DNA from: an uncultured virus (IMG/VR IMGVR_UViG_3300048926_000230) | Lineage: Duplodnaviria > Heunggongvirae > Uroviricota > Caudoviricetes | IMG/VR virus record: IMGVR_UViG_3300048926_000230 | Span: 1-64,000 of that record | Strand: one strand, 5' to 3' | DNA: 64,000 nt | In this document: positions 28,285-40,100 of the stretch, piece by piece | Layout of the letters: each line of letters starts with the position of its first letter | Position numbering within the stretch: the first letter of the stretch is position 1 | Notes under the pieces: generated by a model | Seen by the model: only the letters and a program-made list of their open reading frames with translations | The model's database searches: none | Told to the model about the DNA's origin: nothing | Made by a program: the position numbers and the translations under genes

Positions 28285-28721
28285 TACGCAACCACCAGTG
28301 CGCCCATACCGTTGGCCGGCCACACGACCGAGAAGGTCGCGGCGACAGAGCCGTAGTCGGCACCGAAGTCGAGGTAGCCCACCAAGGGGCGCGTCGCATC
28401 AGAGCCTGGCGTCGAGTCGTACAGGATCGCGTACCGCGCGGTGATCGTCGACGCTGGCCAGACGCCGTTGGCGCCCGAGAAGGACAGCGTGTTGGTCGGC
28501 GAATCGTAGGCGATGGTCAGTGGACTGACTGTGGTCCCGCCGGCGATGTAGCCGGGCGCGGACACCTCGTTGGTGATGTGGTTCTTGTAGCGGTGAGCGT
28601 CCTGATCGGGTACGTACAGGTTGGTGCAGAGCATCAACTTGAAGGTGTCCGAGTCGATGTCGATCTCTTTGTTCATGAGGCTTCGGTAGAAGCCGGCGTA
28701 AAACTTGGCTGTAGGCGCCAT
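28284..28721 (-). CDS. Minor tail protein
   Basis: IDIDSDTFKLML...YIAGG...ITARYAILYD...LVGYLDFG, a common siphovirus tail-region family. Confidence 0.7.
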   Translation of the reverse strand: MAPTAKFYAGFYRSLMNKEIDIDSDTFKLMLCTNLYVPDQDAHRYKNHITNEVSAPGYIAGGTTVSPLTIAYDSPTNTLSFSGANGVWPASTITARYAILYDSTPGSDATRPLVGYLDFGADYGSVAATFSVVWPANGMGALVVA

Positions 28722-28790
28722 GTGGAGTGCCTTTCGTGAGCACGGCGCAGCAGCCGCCCCAGTATTGGAGCGGCTGCTGGCACGGAGGGC

Positions 28791-30869
28791 TTAGGCGAGG
28801 GTGAAGTCGAGGATGTACGGCAGCGACGAGTTGTTCGAGACGTCGGCATTGCCCATGGACGTTGTAGCGCCCATTCGCGGAACGGAAGCTGCGACAGCGA
28901 CTTCCAGACTCGGGTCAGGCATGGCGGCTGTGGATTCCATGCGCACCGCAGCGATAACAACAGCGGCAGAGGGATCGACGATGAACATGTCCGCCGTGGC
29001 TTCCATGCGTCCGACGTTCACCACCGCGGGAACGGCGACATACCAGTCACGTAGCTGCCAGTCGTCGACGGTTCCGGCTGGCTCACCGGATGCGAACGAG
29101 ATTCGGAAACCGCCGTAGCGGTAGTTTGATCCGTGCTCGACCGCGGAACCCACCGAGGTCCATTCCAGCCCGACTGTTGAACCGTCCTTGAGGGCGGTGT
29201 ACTTGTCGTCGGTCTGGTTGTAGTACAGGCTCCATGTGCCTGATCCGCCGACGTTGAGCGACGCCCGCTCGGTGAGGGAATCGATTGGGCCTGAGTAGAT
29301 CTTGGCGCTGGTGTTATTGACCGCGAGATACACGACCTGGGTGAAGTCGCGGCTGCAGTGCAGCATGACCCCGCATCGGGCGGTCGAGTTCGCGTTGATA
29401 ACCAGCGATGCCTCGACCTTGTTGACGTCGCGCGTGCACCGATGGATATAGAGGGCAGCCTGGTCGCCGTCGTCAGTTCCCGTGTAGCCGAAGGCTTCTT
29501 CGTAGACGTCGATGAGGCCGGCGTTCGTCGACTGCCGCACCCACATACCGCCGATGGCGGAGCGAGTTGCGTTGTCGCTGAAGAGTCGGTCGACCTCGGG
29601 CATACTCTTGGCGGCCAGCATGAACCAGTTGAGGGTGGACCCATCCGCGCGCGCGTCTGCCGCCTGCCCGGAGGTGTAGGAGGTAAGCGTGGTGAGAGTG
29701 GAGCCGACCGTCTTGAAGCCGTCCTCGGGGGCCGAGACCACGCGCGTAATGCCGATGATCCTCGCTGTCGTGTTGACCGTCGAGGAGTTGCGCAGACGCG
29801 CTAGGTAGCGCTCCCCTGACGAGACCACGAGCCGCGACGGGAGAGTGAACTCGTAGTAGGCCGTCTCGGTCGTCAGGCTGCTGGAGAATTCCCTGCTGTA
29901 GATCCGCGTCAGGGAGCCGTTGTCGTTTTCCTTGAACAGCTCCAGGTAGACGTTGTTGATCGTCCCCGCGTCTTTCCACGCGATAACCCCGATGGTGTCG
30001 TGCACCGTAGTGTTGGCGACGGTCAGGTAGGAGCCGCGGCTCTCATGCTGATTGACCGACCAGCCCGCGGGAGCTGATATGCCACCATCCATTTTGTGGG
30101 TATGGGACGTGCCGGCGGTGGCATCGCCAGTGTCACCAAAGACCTGCAGGTGGTTGTTGTACGCCTCCGGGTAGGTGACGTCAGAGATCGGATACCGGCA
30201 GACCCACTGTGGGTTCCGGGCATCGGAGACGATGGCCGAAATCGTGAAACTCTGCTGGTCAGTCTTCTGGCGGGCGATGCCCTTGCGCAGGTCCGGAATG
30301 AGGGCACCGATGATCGGGATGCCTCGCAGGCCGGACATGATCGCGTCAATGACGCCCTGGATGAAGTTCTCCGCCGCCCTGACTGCCAGGTTGATCGCCT
30401 GAATGGCGCCAGTGAGCCCGGTGACCAGGGTCTGCGGAATCGCCCCAATGACGGCCGCGGCGTTGCTCCACAGGTTCTGCGTAAGCCCGGCGAGGGTGAG
30501 TGCGGTGCCCTTGATGGCGTCGCCGGCCCAGTCGACCGCATCCTCGATGGCGTCCCCCGCCGACGCTCCAATCCGCGTGAGCAGGCGCCGCAGCATGTTC
30601 GCCGCCGTTTCGGCCGCATTCCACAGGTCCGAGGCCCAGCTACTGAGTTGCTCGAAGGCTCCGCCGATGCCGTGAACGAACACACCGTTGACGGCCTTCA
30701 CAACCTCCCGGAGGAGCATCTCCAGAAAGTTGCCCCGGAAGTGGTCGATCTCTTGAGGGGACTTGGGCGGATTCTTGCCACTGCCATCCGTGGAGGGGGT
30801 GACATACCCGTCGGGCATACCCGACGGGGTAACAGGAGTGTTTGGAAAATCCTTCTGGCCCTCGGCCAC
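28791..30869 (-). CDS. Minor tail protein (baseplate/receptor-binding)
   Basis: Helical N-terminus plus beta-rich C-terminal domains, in the tail operon. Confidence 0.75.
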   Translation of the reverse strand: MAEGQKDFPNTPVTPSGMPDGYVTPSTDGSGKNPPKSPQEIDHFRGNFLEMLLREVVKAVNGVFVHGIGGAFEQLSSWASDLWNAAETAANMLRRLLTRIGASAGDAIEDAVDWAGDAIKGTALTLAGLTQNLWSNAAAVIGAIPQTLVTGLTGAIQAINLAVRAAENFIQGVIDAIMSGLRGIPIIGALIPDLRKGIARQKTDQQSFTISAIVSDARNPQWVCRYPISDVTYPEAYNNHLQVFGDTGDATAGTSHTHKMDGGISAPAGWSVNQHESRGSYLTVANTTVHDTIGVIAWKDAGTINNVYLELFKENDNGSLTRIYSREFSSSLTTETAYYEFTLPSRLVVSSGERYLARLRNSSTVNTTARIIGITRVVSAPEDGFKTVGSTLTTLTSYTSGQAADARADGSTLNWFMLAAKSMPEVDRLFSDNATRSAIGGMWVRQSTNAGLIDVYEEAFGYTGTDDGDQAALYIHRCTRDVNKVEASLVINANSTARCGVMLHCSRDFTQVVYLAVNNTSAKIYSGPIDSLTERASLNVGGSGTWSLYYNQTDDKYTALKDGSTVGLEWTSVGSAVEHGSNYRYGGFRISFASGEPAGTVDDWQLRDWYVAVPAVVNVGRMEATADMFIVDPSAAVVIAAVRMESTAAMPDPSLEVAVAASVPRMGATTSMGNADVSNNSSLPYILDFTLA

Positions 30870-30880
30870 GAGACCTCCTC

Positions 30881-31744
30881 TTAGAGAACGGGAACGACCT
30901 CGACGCAGTACGTCGCGTCAGGCGACCCAGGGGTCGACCACGGGTTGCTGGACGGGGCCTTCTGTTCGGCCATGAGGTAGACCACTGCGGGATTGCCGGC
31001 CAGCACCTTGCCGTATCCGCCAGGCATTGAAACGCCGGCCGGGGGCGCGGGGATCAGGATCGGAATCGGGGGCGACACGCCCGCAACGCCTTTCGCGTAA
31101 CCGACCTGATCACCGGTCGTGGGATGTCCCACGCGCACGACGAGGTCAACGCGAGTATCCGCGGAGCCGACGACGGGGACCTGAGCGAAAGGCCTTGGGT
31201 ACCAGTCGAATGGCTGCGCCGGGATAGCAATACTGGAAAGCGACCGCTGGCCCGATGCGTTGTACGCCGTCGAGACGATAGTGGTCGGGACGTACATGTT
31301 GCCGATCTTCGGCGCGGTAGGAACCCACTTACCATCGGATGCGCGGTACACGATGTGGTAGCTGTCCGTGCCGGCGCCCAGCGTTGGCGAGCTGGCCAGG
31401 TCCGCGGCGTTGGAGATGATGATCGAGCCGGTCTCACCCTGTTGGCCAGAGTGGATGAAGAACTCCATCGTGTAGTGAGCCGCCACGCCGGGCCCGCCCT
31501 CGCTCACGGTGATGACGCGCGGGTTCGGCACCGGCAGTGGCTCATCCGGGTCTACCTGCGTCATGGTGATCGCGTCGAAGACCGGCGGCTTGCCAGACTC
31601 GCCGGTGGCCAGGAACGGCAGATTGCCGAACCCGCCGTCAGGGGTGAGGATGAGGTAAGCGACGCCGGTTTCGGGATTGGCGCCATTAACGACGGTGACC
31701 CGGCCCTCGAAGGTGAGATTGTTCCCATCGACGGTTACAGCCAT
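30881..31744 (-). CDS. Minor tail protein
   Basis: Position and SIAIPAQPFDWYP motif typical of mycobacteriophage minor tail proteins. Confidence 0.75.
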   Translation of the reverse strand: MAVTVDGNNLTFEGRVTVVNGANPETGVAYLILTPDGGFGNLPFLATGESGKPPVFDAITMTQVDPDEPLPVPNPRVITVSEGGPGVAAHYTMEFFIHSGQQGETGSIIISNAADLASSPTLGAGTDSYHIVYRASDGKWVPTAPKIGNMYVPTTIVSTAYNASGQRSLSSIAIPAQPFDWYPRPFAQVPVVGSADTRVDLVVRVGHPTTGDQVGYAKGVAGVSPPIPILIPAPPAGVSMPGGYGKVLAGNPAVVYLMAEQKAPSSNPWSTPGSPDATYCVEVVPVL

Positions 31745-31815
31745 AGAGAGATTCCCCTATCTATTTCCCCACTCCTCAATCCATGCCGGAAGGGGTTGCG
31801 GGAATGCGTAATTGG

Positions 31816-32748
31816 TTAGTAGAGCCAGACGATGCGGAGATAAGCCGGGCCACCGTTGCCGCCCCGGCCAGAGCCGCCGCCAACGGTGGTACTGCCAGCG
31901 GCACCACCGCCACCGCCCGAGCCATAGCCCAGGCCGTGCGCACCGTGCTCGCGGGATACGGTCGAGTTGATATAGCCGCCACCACCGCCGCCGCCGGGCT
32001 GACCCGGGATGGCCGCGGCCGAAGCGGTCGCATCAGCGCTCGCGCTCGCACCTACGCCGCCAGCACCATTGGGCGTTGACCCGCCGTTACTGCCGTTGGG
32101 CGCGAACGAGCCGCTGGAGTTGGCTCCGCCGCCAGCTCCGCCACCCGCGGCGCCGCCATACAGGCGCGCGCCGGACGATGTGATCGGAGAATTGGGTGGA
32201 GTTGCGGGTCCAGTGCCAGATGTGTAGCCGTCATCGCCGGGCGATCCGAGGAGATCCCCGAATTCGCCGGGCTGGCCTCCTGGCGCCGAGCCGGACGTGC
32301 CGCCAGCGCCGCCGAGACCACCACTCGCGGTGAGGGTCAGACCGCCGGAGGTGAATGTCGCCGCACCGCCAGCGGTCCCGGCGACGCCCGAGCCCGTGAC
32401 GGCAATGGCTGCGCCACCCGTGCCGCGGGTGCCCATGGTGACGGTATAGGTCGGGCCGAGAGCGTCGGCCGGGATGAAGCGCTCAACGAGGACATTGCCA
32501 CCCGCGCCGCCGCCTCCACCGCGTCGGTTGGTACTGCCGGCGCTGTAATTGCCGCTACCAGCCCCGCCGCCGGCGCCGATGGCCATGAGTAGGCAGCCCT
32601 TGATTCCCGCAGGAGTGGGGGCATTGACCACGCCACCTGTGTCGGTGGTGTATTCGGCGACGGTGACGAGGTTGTTGATGGCCTCGGCGATCTTGGTAAG
32701 TTCGGCGCCGGTGACAGCCTCCCCGGTTACCCAGGTTTTCAATGCCAT
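31816..32748 (-). CDS. Glycine-rich minor tail protein
   Basis: IGAGGGAGSG...GGGGGAGG repeats. Confidence 0.7.
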   Translation of the reverse strand: MALKTWVTGEAVTGAELTKIAEAINNLVTVAEYTTDTGGVVNAPTPAGIKGCLLMAIGAGGGAGSGNYSAGSTNRRGGGGGAGGNVLVERFIPADALGPTYTVTMGTRGTGGAAIAVTGSGVAGTAGGAATFTSGGLTLTASGGLGGAGGTSGSAPGGQPGEFGDLLGSPGDDGYTSGTGPATPPNSPITSSGARLYGGAAGGGAGGGANSSGSFAPNGSNGGSTPNGAGGVGASASADATASAAAIPGQPGGGGGGGYINSTVSREHGAHGLGYGSGGGGGAAGSTTVGGGSGRGGNGGPAYLRIVWLY

Positions 32749-32774
32749 GCGTATGGCTCCTTAGCGTTTAAGAA

Positions 32775-34508
32775 TTACTCCGGGGTCAGCAGGATGGCGT
32801 TGACGGTTTTGCCGAGATTGGCGATCTGACGCTGCGTCCGAACGACGGGCGCCTCTTCGCGCTTGCCGTCGCCGATTTGCACCATGACGGTGGCCCGTTC
32901 CTGCCGGGTATCGGAGAGGATGATGTTCTCGATGTAGTCGGTGTAGACCATCCAGTTACGAATCACCGTCGCGAGAGAGCCGGGCATGATATCGCGCCCG
33001 ATTTCGTACGGAATTCCGTTCTGGAATGTCACCTGACCGGAGATGTATCCGCGGGTATTCCACATCTCGCGCTTGAGCGCGAAAATGGCGTCGAGGGTGT
33101 ACGGCGCCGATCCCGTGGGCACGAATACCTCGGGATATCCGTATGGGCCCATCTTCACTCGGCGGGTGTAGTTATCCGCCAATTGGAATGCGAGCAATAC
33201 GTCGTTGAATAGGCCGTCGAACATGTTGGACGCAATTCCCGTAATACCGACAATGACCATGATCATGTCAAGAATGAACGAGAACGTCGCGTTAATTAGG
33301 TCATCTATCCACTTCGGAGATTTGCCGCCGACAATTACGCGCCACGATTCGGGCGTGTGATGCGACATTTTCCCCTGGACGCCACTCTTTGGATCGTCGG
33401 CATTGAGAACTACCCACGGGTCTTCGAAATGGATTCCAAGCGCTGGTGCGATATTCCATCCGTCGGGCTTGTATTCGCCCTTAGGGTTCAGGAATGGCGC
33501 GAGGATCTCGCCGAATACGGAAGCCTGCAGATCAACGGCCTGACGCAAGATTCCGTCGAAGAACGTGCCGGTCGGACCAACCACGCCCATACGGTCTTTG
33601 ATGTCGACGACAATGGTCGCGACCGTGAGCGGGAATTTACCAACGCCAGGAGGCTGAGGCATTCCGGGAAGCCAGAGATTCACCTCGACGCACAGGCCGT
33701 TGTCCTGCACGATCTTTTCGAAGATGGAGGCGATCTTGTCCATGCGCCAGTTCACGGTGATGAATGGCGAAGTGTCCTTGAGTGGATTACTCGGCACGAC
33801 ATAAATAGGCGTGCGAATCATTCGCATGACATCGGCTACGTCGAACTTATTGTTCGGGCCGTCGACATCCTGCAGGAGCGCAGTTTGGAACCAGGAGTGC
33901 CAATCGAGATTGCCGCTAAGGAGGTTATTCACCATGTTCCACAAGCCCGACTGCAAACGGAATGCGTTCACGCCGAGGATGTATTTCAGGCAGGAAATTG
34001 CGGGACCAATTGCGACGCCTCGTGACGGCACCTGGATTTGCAGTGGCAGCAAGAAGTTCGGCCAAGCGAGAATCTTCAGAAGCCAGGCGTAATCGCCCTC
34101 AAGCTCGCACTCGACAAAGTCGGCCCTACCCGGGCTATTGAAGTTGTCGTGAGCCACCTTGACGCGCCCGGACCACATAAGATTGCCGACCTCGATAGTG
34201 ATCGGGACGGTTGTCTCGTGACAGGTAAGGACGGTATTAGCGGCCGGGTCTGAGCGGGCCAGGGTGAGTTTGCCGGTGGGCACCTGATTGCGCGGCCAAG
34301 AGGCAGCCAATTCGAGATAGTTCGCGCACTCCCACATCGGGATGTAGAACTTGTCGTAGATCGTGACGACGATTCGGGTATCGAAGATGGCAGCCTTTTC
34401 AACCGCGGCTGCCATCTTCGCCGCGCTCACCGCCGTGTACATATCGGAGGCGAGCTTTGCCTTGAGGTCATCGAGGGACTGCTTGTCGAATTCAATCGAC
34501 AATGACAA
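32775..34508 (-). CDS. Minor tail protein (tail hub/Tal-like)
   Basis: Second gene after the tape measure; WSGRV, GGKSPKWI motifs. Confidence 0.8.
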   Translation of the reverse strand: MSLSIEFDKQSLDDLKAKLASDMYTAVSAAKMAAAVEKAAIFDTRIVVTIYDKFYIPMWECANYLELAASWPRNQVPTGKLTLARSDPAANTVLTCHETTVPITIEVGNLMWSGRVKVAHDNFNSPGRADFVECELEGDYAWLLKILAWPNFLLPLQIQVPSRGVAIGPAISCLKYILGVNAFRLQSGLWNMVNNLLSGNLDWHSWFQTALLQDVDGPNNKFDVADVMRMIRTPIYVVPSNPLKDTSPFITVNWRMDKIASIFEKIVQDNGLCVEVNLWLPGMPQPPGVGKFPLTVATIVVDIKDRMGVVGPTGTFFDGILRQAVDLQASVFGEILAPFLNPKGEYKPDGWNIAPALGIHFEDPWVVLNADDPKSGVQGKMSHHTPESWRVIVGGKSPKWIDDLINATFSFILDMIMVIVGITGIASNMFDGLFNDVLLAFQLADNYTRRVKMGPYGYPEVFVPTGSAPYTLDAIFALKREMWNTRGYISGQVTFQNGIPYEIGRDIMPGSLATVIRNWMVYTDYIENIILSDTRQERATVMVQIGDGKREEAPVVRTQRQIANLGKTVNAILLTPE

Positions 34509-34516
34509 CCTCCTAA

Positions 34517-37057
34517 TTAGTCTGGCCAGCGCCTCTTCGGGGTGATGGAGGCGATGACGCGCGAGTCGTAGTCGCCGCCTTCGATTTCGACGGTCATCTG
34601 AACGGTCTCAGCGACGGACCCGAGATTTCGGGCGGGAATAGGCTTGGACCAACGCCCCTTGAGAAGGGAGTACAACTTGTCGTTTTTCGGTGCGCCGCTT
34701 GGGATCTGGTAGACACCACGCTTGCCGGGATGCGTCTCGATGAGCGCGATCTCGCCCTCCTTGAGGGGGCCGAAAACGATGTTGGCGTCAGTGCCCGCGC
34801 CATTGCTGAACCGGAATGTCCCCGGGCCATAAACCACGAGAGTCGGATGGGCCGGCTGGTCACCGAAGTTGGTGAGATTCAGGTATCCGGACTGCTTGAT
34901 CGCGGCGTTGTCGCCCATCCGCCAGTCCAAGACCGACGGCGGGATCTTCTGGCTGAAGGTGCCGTCACCGGACTCCATGCCAAAGCCGCCGCGGCGGTAG
35001 TTCACGCCCAACGCAGAGGCGGTGCCCTTCTCCTTGTAGGTGAAAAGCGTTGAGCCGTGCCGGCGGACGACGAATGTCCGCGGTTCGCCCGCGCGACCGC
35101 ACACCAGGGACCATGACTCACCCGGGTAGGGCATCCACGGCAGCACCTGCTGCTTGTTCCACACCTCGACGCCGGCCACGAACGCGGACAGGCGAACCCA
35201 CTGGGGGCCGATCCGCAGGCGAATCCCCGTCGGGGCGGCGTCATTGGTGTCGCGCCGCCCCCAGACGTCGATGAAAGCCGCGTCAGGGAAGGGGAACTGG
35301 AAGAGGTCGCCGATGGTGATCGAATGGACCTGGAAGTCGGTGTCGGTCTTCTCGGGCGCGCCGTCGGTGCTGGTGTAGACCTGCACGTAGGGATCGATCC
35401 CGCCGGTGAGTGCGGCACCCTTCATCTCGGGCACGCGCTGCTTGGCGTAGGCGCCCTGGAAGGACACCTGATAGGTCGTGACGCCGCCCGCGGTCACCGG
35501 ATTGGAGACCGCGACGTCGCCAATCGCGATGCTGGGCAAAGCCTCCAGGGCGAGCCTGACCGTGTCCGCTGTCGCCGGATGACTGATCGACGAAGTCGTC
35601 TCGCTGCCGTTGTAGGTCAGATTCCACGTGAGTGGCGATCCGTGAATCTCGACGGTCTGCACCTCACTTGCGCCGAGCCAGCGGTTGATGCACTTGCGCC
35701 CGAGGGCGGTATCAACCCAGACGGTGTTTCCGTTAACTGCACGGACGTAGCCCGGGCCGGTGCCCGTGTAGTACAGCGGCCACGCGCCCCCCAACCCTGT
35801 GGTCGTCGTGGTGGCGAAGTTGTCCAGGTCCGTCATCGGGATGTTGATGCCGTCGGAGTTGCCACCGGCGCGGATGAACTTCACCTGCGCCGGAGTTGCC
35901 TGAGTGAGGATGGCTCCGCCGGCGGACAGGCCAAAGCCCACGCCGAGGTGATCGAGATCAGCCACGTGGTGCAGATAGCCGTCGGCGTTGACGATGGTGT
36001 GGTCGTTGCGCTTCAGGACAAGCTCGAAGGGGTCGTCCTCCGTGCCGCAGTAGAAGCTGAAAACGTCATTGCGCAGCGGCGGGATGAGAACGAATTCTCG
36101 ATCCAGGACCGTCTCTTCAAAGTCGATAAATGCGGAGATCTGGCAGAAGCCCCAGCCGACAGTGGCGCGGACGCCGTCGCCGTTCCAGGTCCCGTCGGGA
36201 TTGCGCCCCATGCGGCCCCAGATGTGGTTCGCCGCACCGGCGCCCGGGGTGAACTCGGGAGTGTTGGCGATCTGGATGGTGATCTTCTGCATGTGTCCAG
36301 GCGTGGAGTAGGCCGCCTTCGGGCCGATGACCACGCTCTTGCGACCCGTGAAGGTCGTGTCGGGGTCATTGGCGGTCCAGCGCGCGCGGCCGTGGCCCTT
36401 CTTGGTGTCTTCCGCGGTACACACGCCGCCGCCGGGGCCCGTGTAGGTCTGCGCCCAGTTGACGCCGAGCGTTCCCTCGCCGTCGCGGTTGAAGTCGTCG
36501 AACGCCGCTTCGAAATCCAGCGAGAATTCAGAGACCGAGTCGACCGACTCCCAGAAGGCGTCGTCGTTACGGACCGTCCAGGTGAACGCCCACTCGCGCG
36601 TCTCGACGCCATGGTGGCGCTTCTCGGGCGGGGCCTTATAAAGCCTTGGCTTGCACGACCACACGCCGGCGTCCGGCGTGACCCAGTACAGCGTGCCCGG
36701 GTTCTCCGGGTCCCACGCGGCGTACCACTGGCGGATGACGCGACGTAGACCCTCGGGGGTCCGGGCGGTGGCCACCAGCTTCATCTGGATTTCGGCCGGG
36801 TCGTAGACCGTGTCGGTCCATGTGGCGCCGTCCTGGCGGGCGCCCTTGTGATCTAGATGAGAAAAGATAGGGTGAAGGCCTTGCATGCCTTCGGCGAGGA
36901 TGACTCCCTCGGTGACGCCAGGGAACGGCTGCGGGCCACCGTGCAAGAAGAAGGTGGCTTCGCCATCCGCGCTGACGTAGAGAATGAATGGTTCAGCGCC
37001 CGACTTGAGGAGCTGAATCCCGTAAGGCGTGATGCGCCCCGCGGGGAAGATAGACAT
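34517..37057 (-). CDS. Minor tail protein (distal tail, Dit-like, with inserted domains)
   Basis: First gene after the tape measure; HKGARQDGATWTDTVYDP. Confidence 0.8.
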   Translation of the reverse strand: MSIFPAGRITPYGIQLLKSGAEPFILYVSADGEATFFLHGGPQPFPGVTEGVILAEGMQGLHPIFSHLDHKGARQDGATWTDTVYDPAEIQMKLVATARTPEGLRRVIRQWYAAWDPENPGTLYWVTPDAGVWSCKPRLYKAPPEKRHHGVETREWAFTWTVRNDDAFWESVDSVSEFSLDFEAAFDDFNRDGEGTLGVNWAQTYTGPGGGVCTAEDTKKGHGRARWTANDPDTTFTGRKSVVIGPKAAYSTPGHMQKITIQIANTPEFTPGAGAANHIWGRMGRNPDGTWNGDGVRATVGWGFCQISAFIDFEETVLDREFVLIPPLRNDVFSFYCGTEDDPFELVLKRNDHTIVNADGYLHHVADLDHLGVGFGLSAGGAILTQATPAQVKFIRAGGNSDGINIPMTDLDNFATTTTTGLGGAWPLYYTGTGPGYVRAVNGNTVWVDTALGRKCINRWLGASEVQTVEIHGSPLTWNLTYNGSETTSSISHPATADTVRLALEALPSIAIGDVAVSNPVTAGGVTTYQVSFQGAYAKQRVPEMKGAALTGGIDPYVQVYTSTDGAPEKTDTDFQVHSITIGDLFQFPFPDAAFIDVWGRRDTNDAAPTGIRLRIGPQWVRLSAFVAGVEVWNKQQVLPWMPYPGESWSLVCGRAGEPRTFVVRRHGSTLFTYKEKGTASALGVNYRRGGFGMESGDGTFSQKIPPSVLDWRMGDNAAIKQSGYLNLTNFGDQPAHPTLVVYGPGTFRFSNGAGTDANIVFGPLKEGEIALIETHPGKRGVYQIPSGAPKNDKLYSLLKGRWSKPIPARNLGSVAETVQMTVEIEGGDYDSRVIASITPKRRWPD

Positions 37058-37098
37058 AGAGCCCCTCTCATCAGGGTCGGCCTCAAAAAGGGACGAGA

Positions 37099-37133
37099 AA
37101 GGGGGCCGAGACTCGAAAGTCCCGACCCCCCTT
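37099..37133 (-). terminator. Intrinsic terminator after the tape measure gene
   Basis: Minus strand GGGGGTCGGGACT-TTCG-AGTCTCGGCCCCC-TTTCT. Confidence 0.7.
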
Positions 37134-37144
37134 CACTATTCGGT

Positions 37145-40100
37145 TTAGCCGCCCGGGTTGATGTAGGCGTTGTACATCGCACCGCCCACGTCGTTCGCGA
37201 GTTGCTGGGCGTTGCCAGCGCGATCCGGCGGGATGGCGATACTGATGTGGTTGGTCTGCTGAGGACCGCCCTGCGCACCCTGGCCGGGCTCTCCTGGCTG
37301 ACCGGGCTGACCCTGCGGGTTGCGAGGATCGTTCGGGTCGACCTTGGAGTTCTTGCCCTGCTGTCCTGCGCCCATGCCAGTGGCGGGGCGTGCTCCAGCG
37401 AGACCGCCGGCGATGCGCGTCAACCAGCTTGCGCCAGTTGAGTTACCGCCACCGTCGGGATCGGACACGCCAAAGGTCTCCATGAGGCCCTGCATGCCGA
37501 TACCTGCAGCCTTGCCGCCGAACGCGATGGTCTTGTTGATCGCCTTCATCGCCATGTCGGCTGCAGCGCCCATGCCGGGCATCATCATGTTCGCAGCGCC
37601 ACCAGCCCCACTCAGCGCGGCACCGATAAGGCCACCGCCAACGCCAGCATTGCCGCCGCCCTCGGGCGTCCAGCTCGGTGCCGCCTGCTCCTCGGGAGTG
37701 GTCGGGACGTAGGACGCAGTCGGAGGCGTACTCGGTGTCACCATGCCTGGGCCAAAGGCGTTCGGGAATCCCGAAGACAGTGGTCCGCCCGTGGGGACGC
37801 TGCCGGGAGCCGGTAGCGGAGGCAGTGGCGGGGTCAGGCCGGGGTCCGTGTTCGTCGACGGGCCAGGGACGAGTCCTGGCGGTAGTGTTACGGGTGTACT
37901 ACTGACCGCCGGCGGCATAGTGGCCCCGGGAGTCGCGGAAACCACAGGGGGAACCGGGACGCCGGGTGAACTACCCACGCCACCAACACCGACGGGACGG
38001 TAGAACTGCTGAGCCATGACCGACGAACCCTCGCCACTACGGCCACCTGCATCGGCAGCCGCTTGACTGCCCCAGTTGAAGTTCGTCCCGCCGGGCAGGG
38101 TCGCCTGAGCGTGACCGCTGTCGAATCCGACCCGCATGTCGCCGGGTCCGCCGGGTCCGGGCAAGAAGCCTCGGCTCCGGAGGAACTCCTCCATGTTGGC
38201 AGTAGTGACGTTGGCGCCACTGGTCGGCATACCGTCGAGCATGTTGACCAGATCTTCGACGGCGCTGGAGCAATCCGCGAGACCCTGGGTGAGGTCACCG
38301 CGAGCCTCCTGCGTGTAGGTGCCCTTCGGCACCCGCGACAGAAGGGCGGCGTCGCCCGGATATGCGGTCGTGGCACCGGGATTGAGATACGAAGCGCCGT
38401 AGGTCCCGTAGGAGCCGTAGGTGCTACTGCCGGTGTCGTTGCCCCCGGTGTAGCCCAACATCCCGAGGATGCCGGTACCCTTGGCGCCCGCGGCCATTGG
38501 CGCGAGCATGCCCTGGAGCGGAGCGGTCGCCAGTGCGGCGATGAACCGAACCAGGTTGTCTGCCAAGCCCGGAAGACCCTTGGAGAAGCCGAGGTCATTG
38601 TCGAGTTGTGCACCGATCTGGCCAAACCCGTCGGAGAGCTTGGACAGCTTGCCCTGTGCCTTCTCGGCGAGGTCGTACTGCGCCTGGCGGAAGTCGGCCT
38701 CCTCGTCGGCGACCTTTTCTCGCGCCTTGAGGATTTCGAAGTCCGAAGACACGCCGGCTGCCTGCATCGCGGCAAGCTGCATATTGGCGTCGCGGACATC
38801 GCGAGCCTGCTCGATAACCTTCTGGTACGCCGCCTGAACCTCACGAGGGTCGCCCATGCCACCCATTGGCATGGCGCCAATCTGCGGCATGAACGAACTC
38901 GGATTCAGCTTCGCCAGTTCCGCGGCGATCTTCTCCGAATCGGACGGCTTACTCCCGCCGCCACTTTCGGGGACGGGCGGGATGTCGAACTGCGTGGACG
39001 CGGGGAATCGCGGACCCCCAGGTTCAGGGGTCGACCCCCACCATGACCCAGCAGGCCCGGGGGCCTGCTCGCCAGGAGCGGGGGTTCCCCACCCTGGGCG
39101 AACGGGAGGAACGTAGCCAGGCTCGCCGGGGTCGGGGCCTAGTCCACCTTGACTTTTCGGGACGCGCGCCAGATCCTGGAGGCCGCCCCGCTGGGCAGTA
39201 GCCCGCTCTGCGGGCGTGGCGTCGGCCGGGAGGACGTCGTTCGGGTTCATTGGAACCTGCTTGGCGTTCTGGATCTTGTTGAGCGTGTAGAGCAACGACC
39301 CCGCCGCGGCGGCCAGCAGTCCAATGGGCCCCATGGCGGCTGCGGCAAGACCTGGGAGCGCGCTCAACGCTCCGCCAACCCCGCCCATGCCCAGTGCGCC
39401 GGCCAGGTTCATGACGCCAGCGATGGCGCCGAGCATCTTCGCGCCAACGAACACCGCGAGCGCGGTGGTGGCGAGATTCTCCCAGCCGCCCAACGCGTCC
39501 GCGACAGGCTTGATGGCGTTCAGGAATCCGTTCACGGCATTAGCCGCTCCCTGGATGGCTCCGATTACGCCCTTGACTGCCCCAGCAGCGCTTTCGATGG
39601 TCGCTTTAAAATCCTCGGGCGACTTGTTGCCAAAGGTCTGATAGACCCACTTGCCAAGGTCTCCGATGAACCCGATGAGCATCTTCGTTGCGTCGATGCC
39701 CTTGTTGATGAAGGCCTCGAAGGTCCCGTCCTGCTGGGCGCCCTGGATGAACTTCGCGAACGAGTTTGCCGCATTGGTGATCGCGTCGGCTAGTCGCGGC
39801 AGGAACTTCGATCCCGTCTCCGCAATCCCCAGCAGCGCGTCGGCGAACGGCGCGACCGCGGGCTCCAGCTTCTGGAACGCCAAAAGGATGTTGTTGATGA
39901 TGGTTTCGAGGGACTTCATGTTGTCCGGCGTCGCGAACTCGGTGAGGACGTTGCCCATCATGTTGTTCATCGAGCCGGCGATGCCGGTCGTAAGGCGTTG
40001 CGCGCCAGGGCCGAACTGGTTCGAGGCAAACTCCAGCATCCCCGAGCTATCCTTGAACAGGGCGTCCTGAGTGGCCTTCTTCAGCTCGCCCATAGGGCCA

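Noticed and set aside
32775..34508. Visibly more AT-rich codons in this minor tail gene (also about 44400-45200)
   Set aside because: Impression only, not quantified; ordinary phage mosaicism would explain it.
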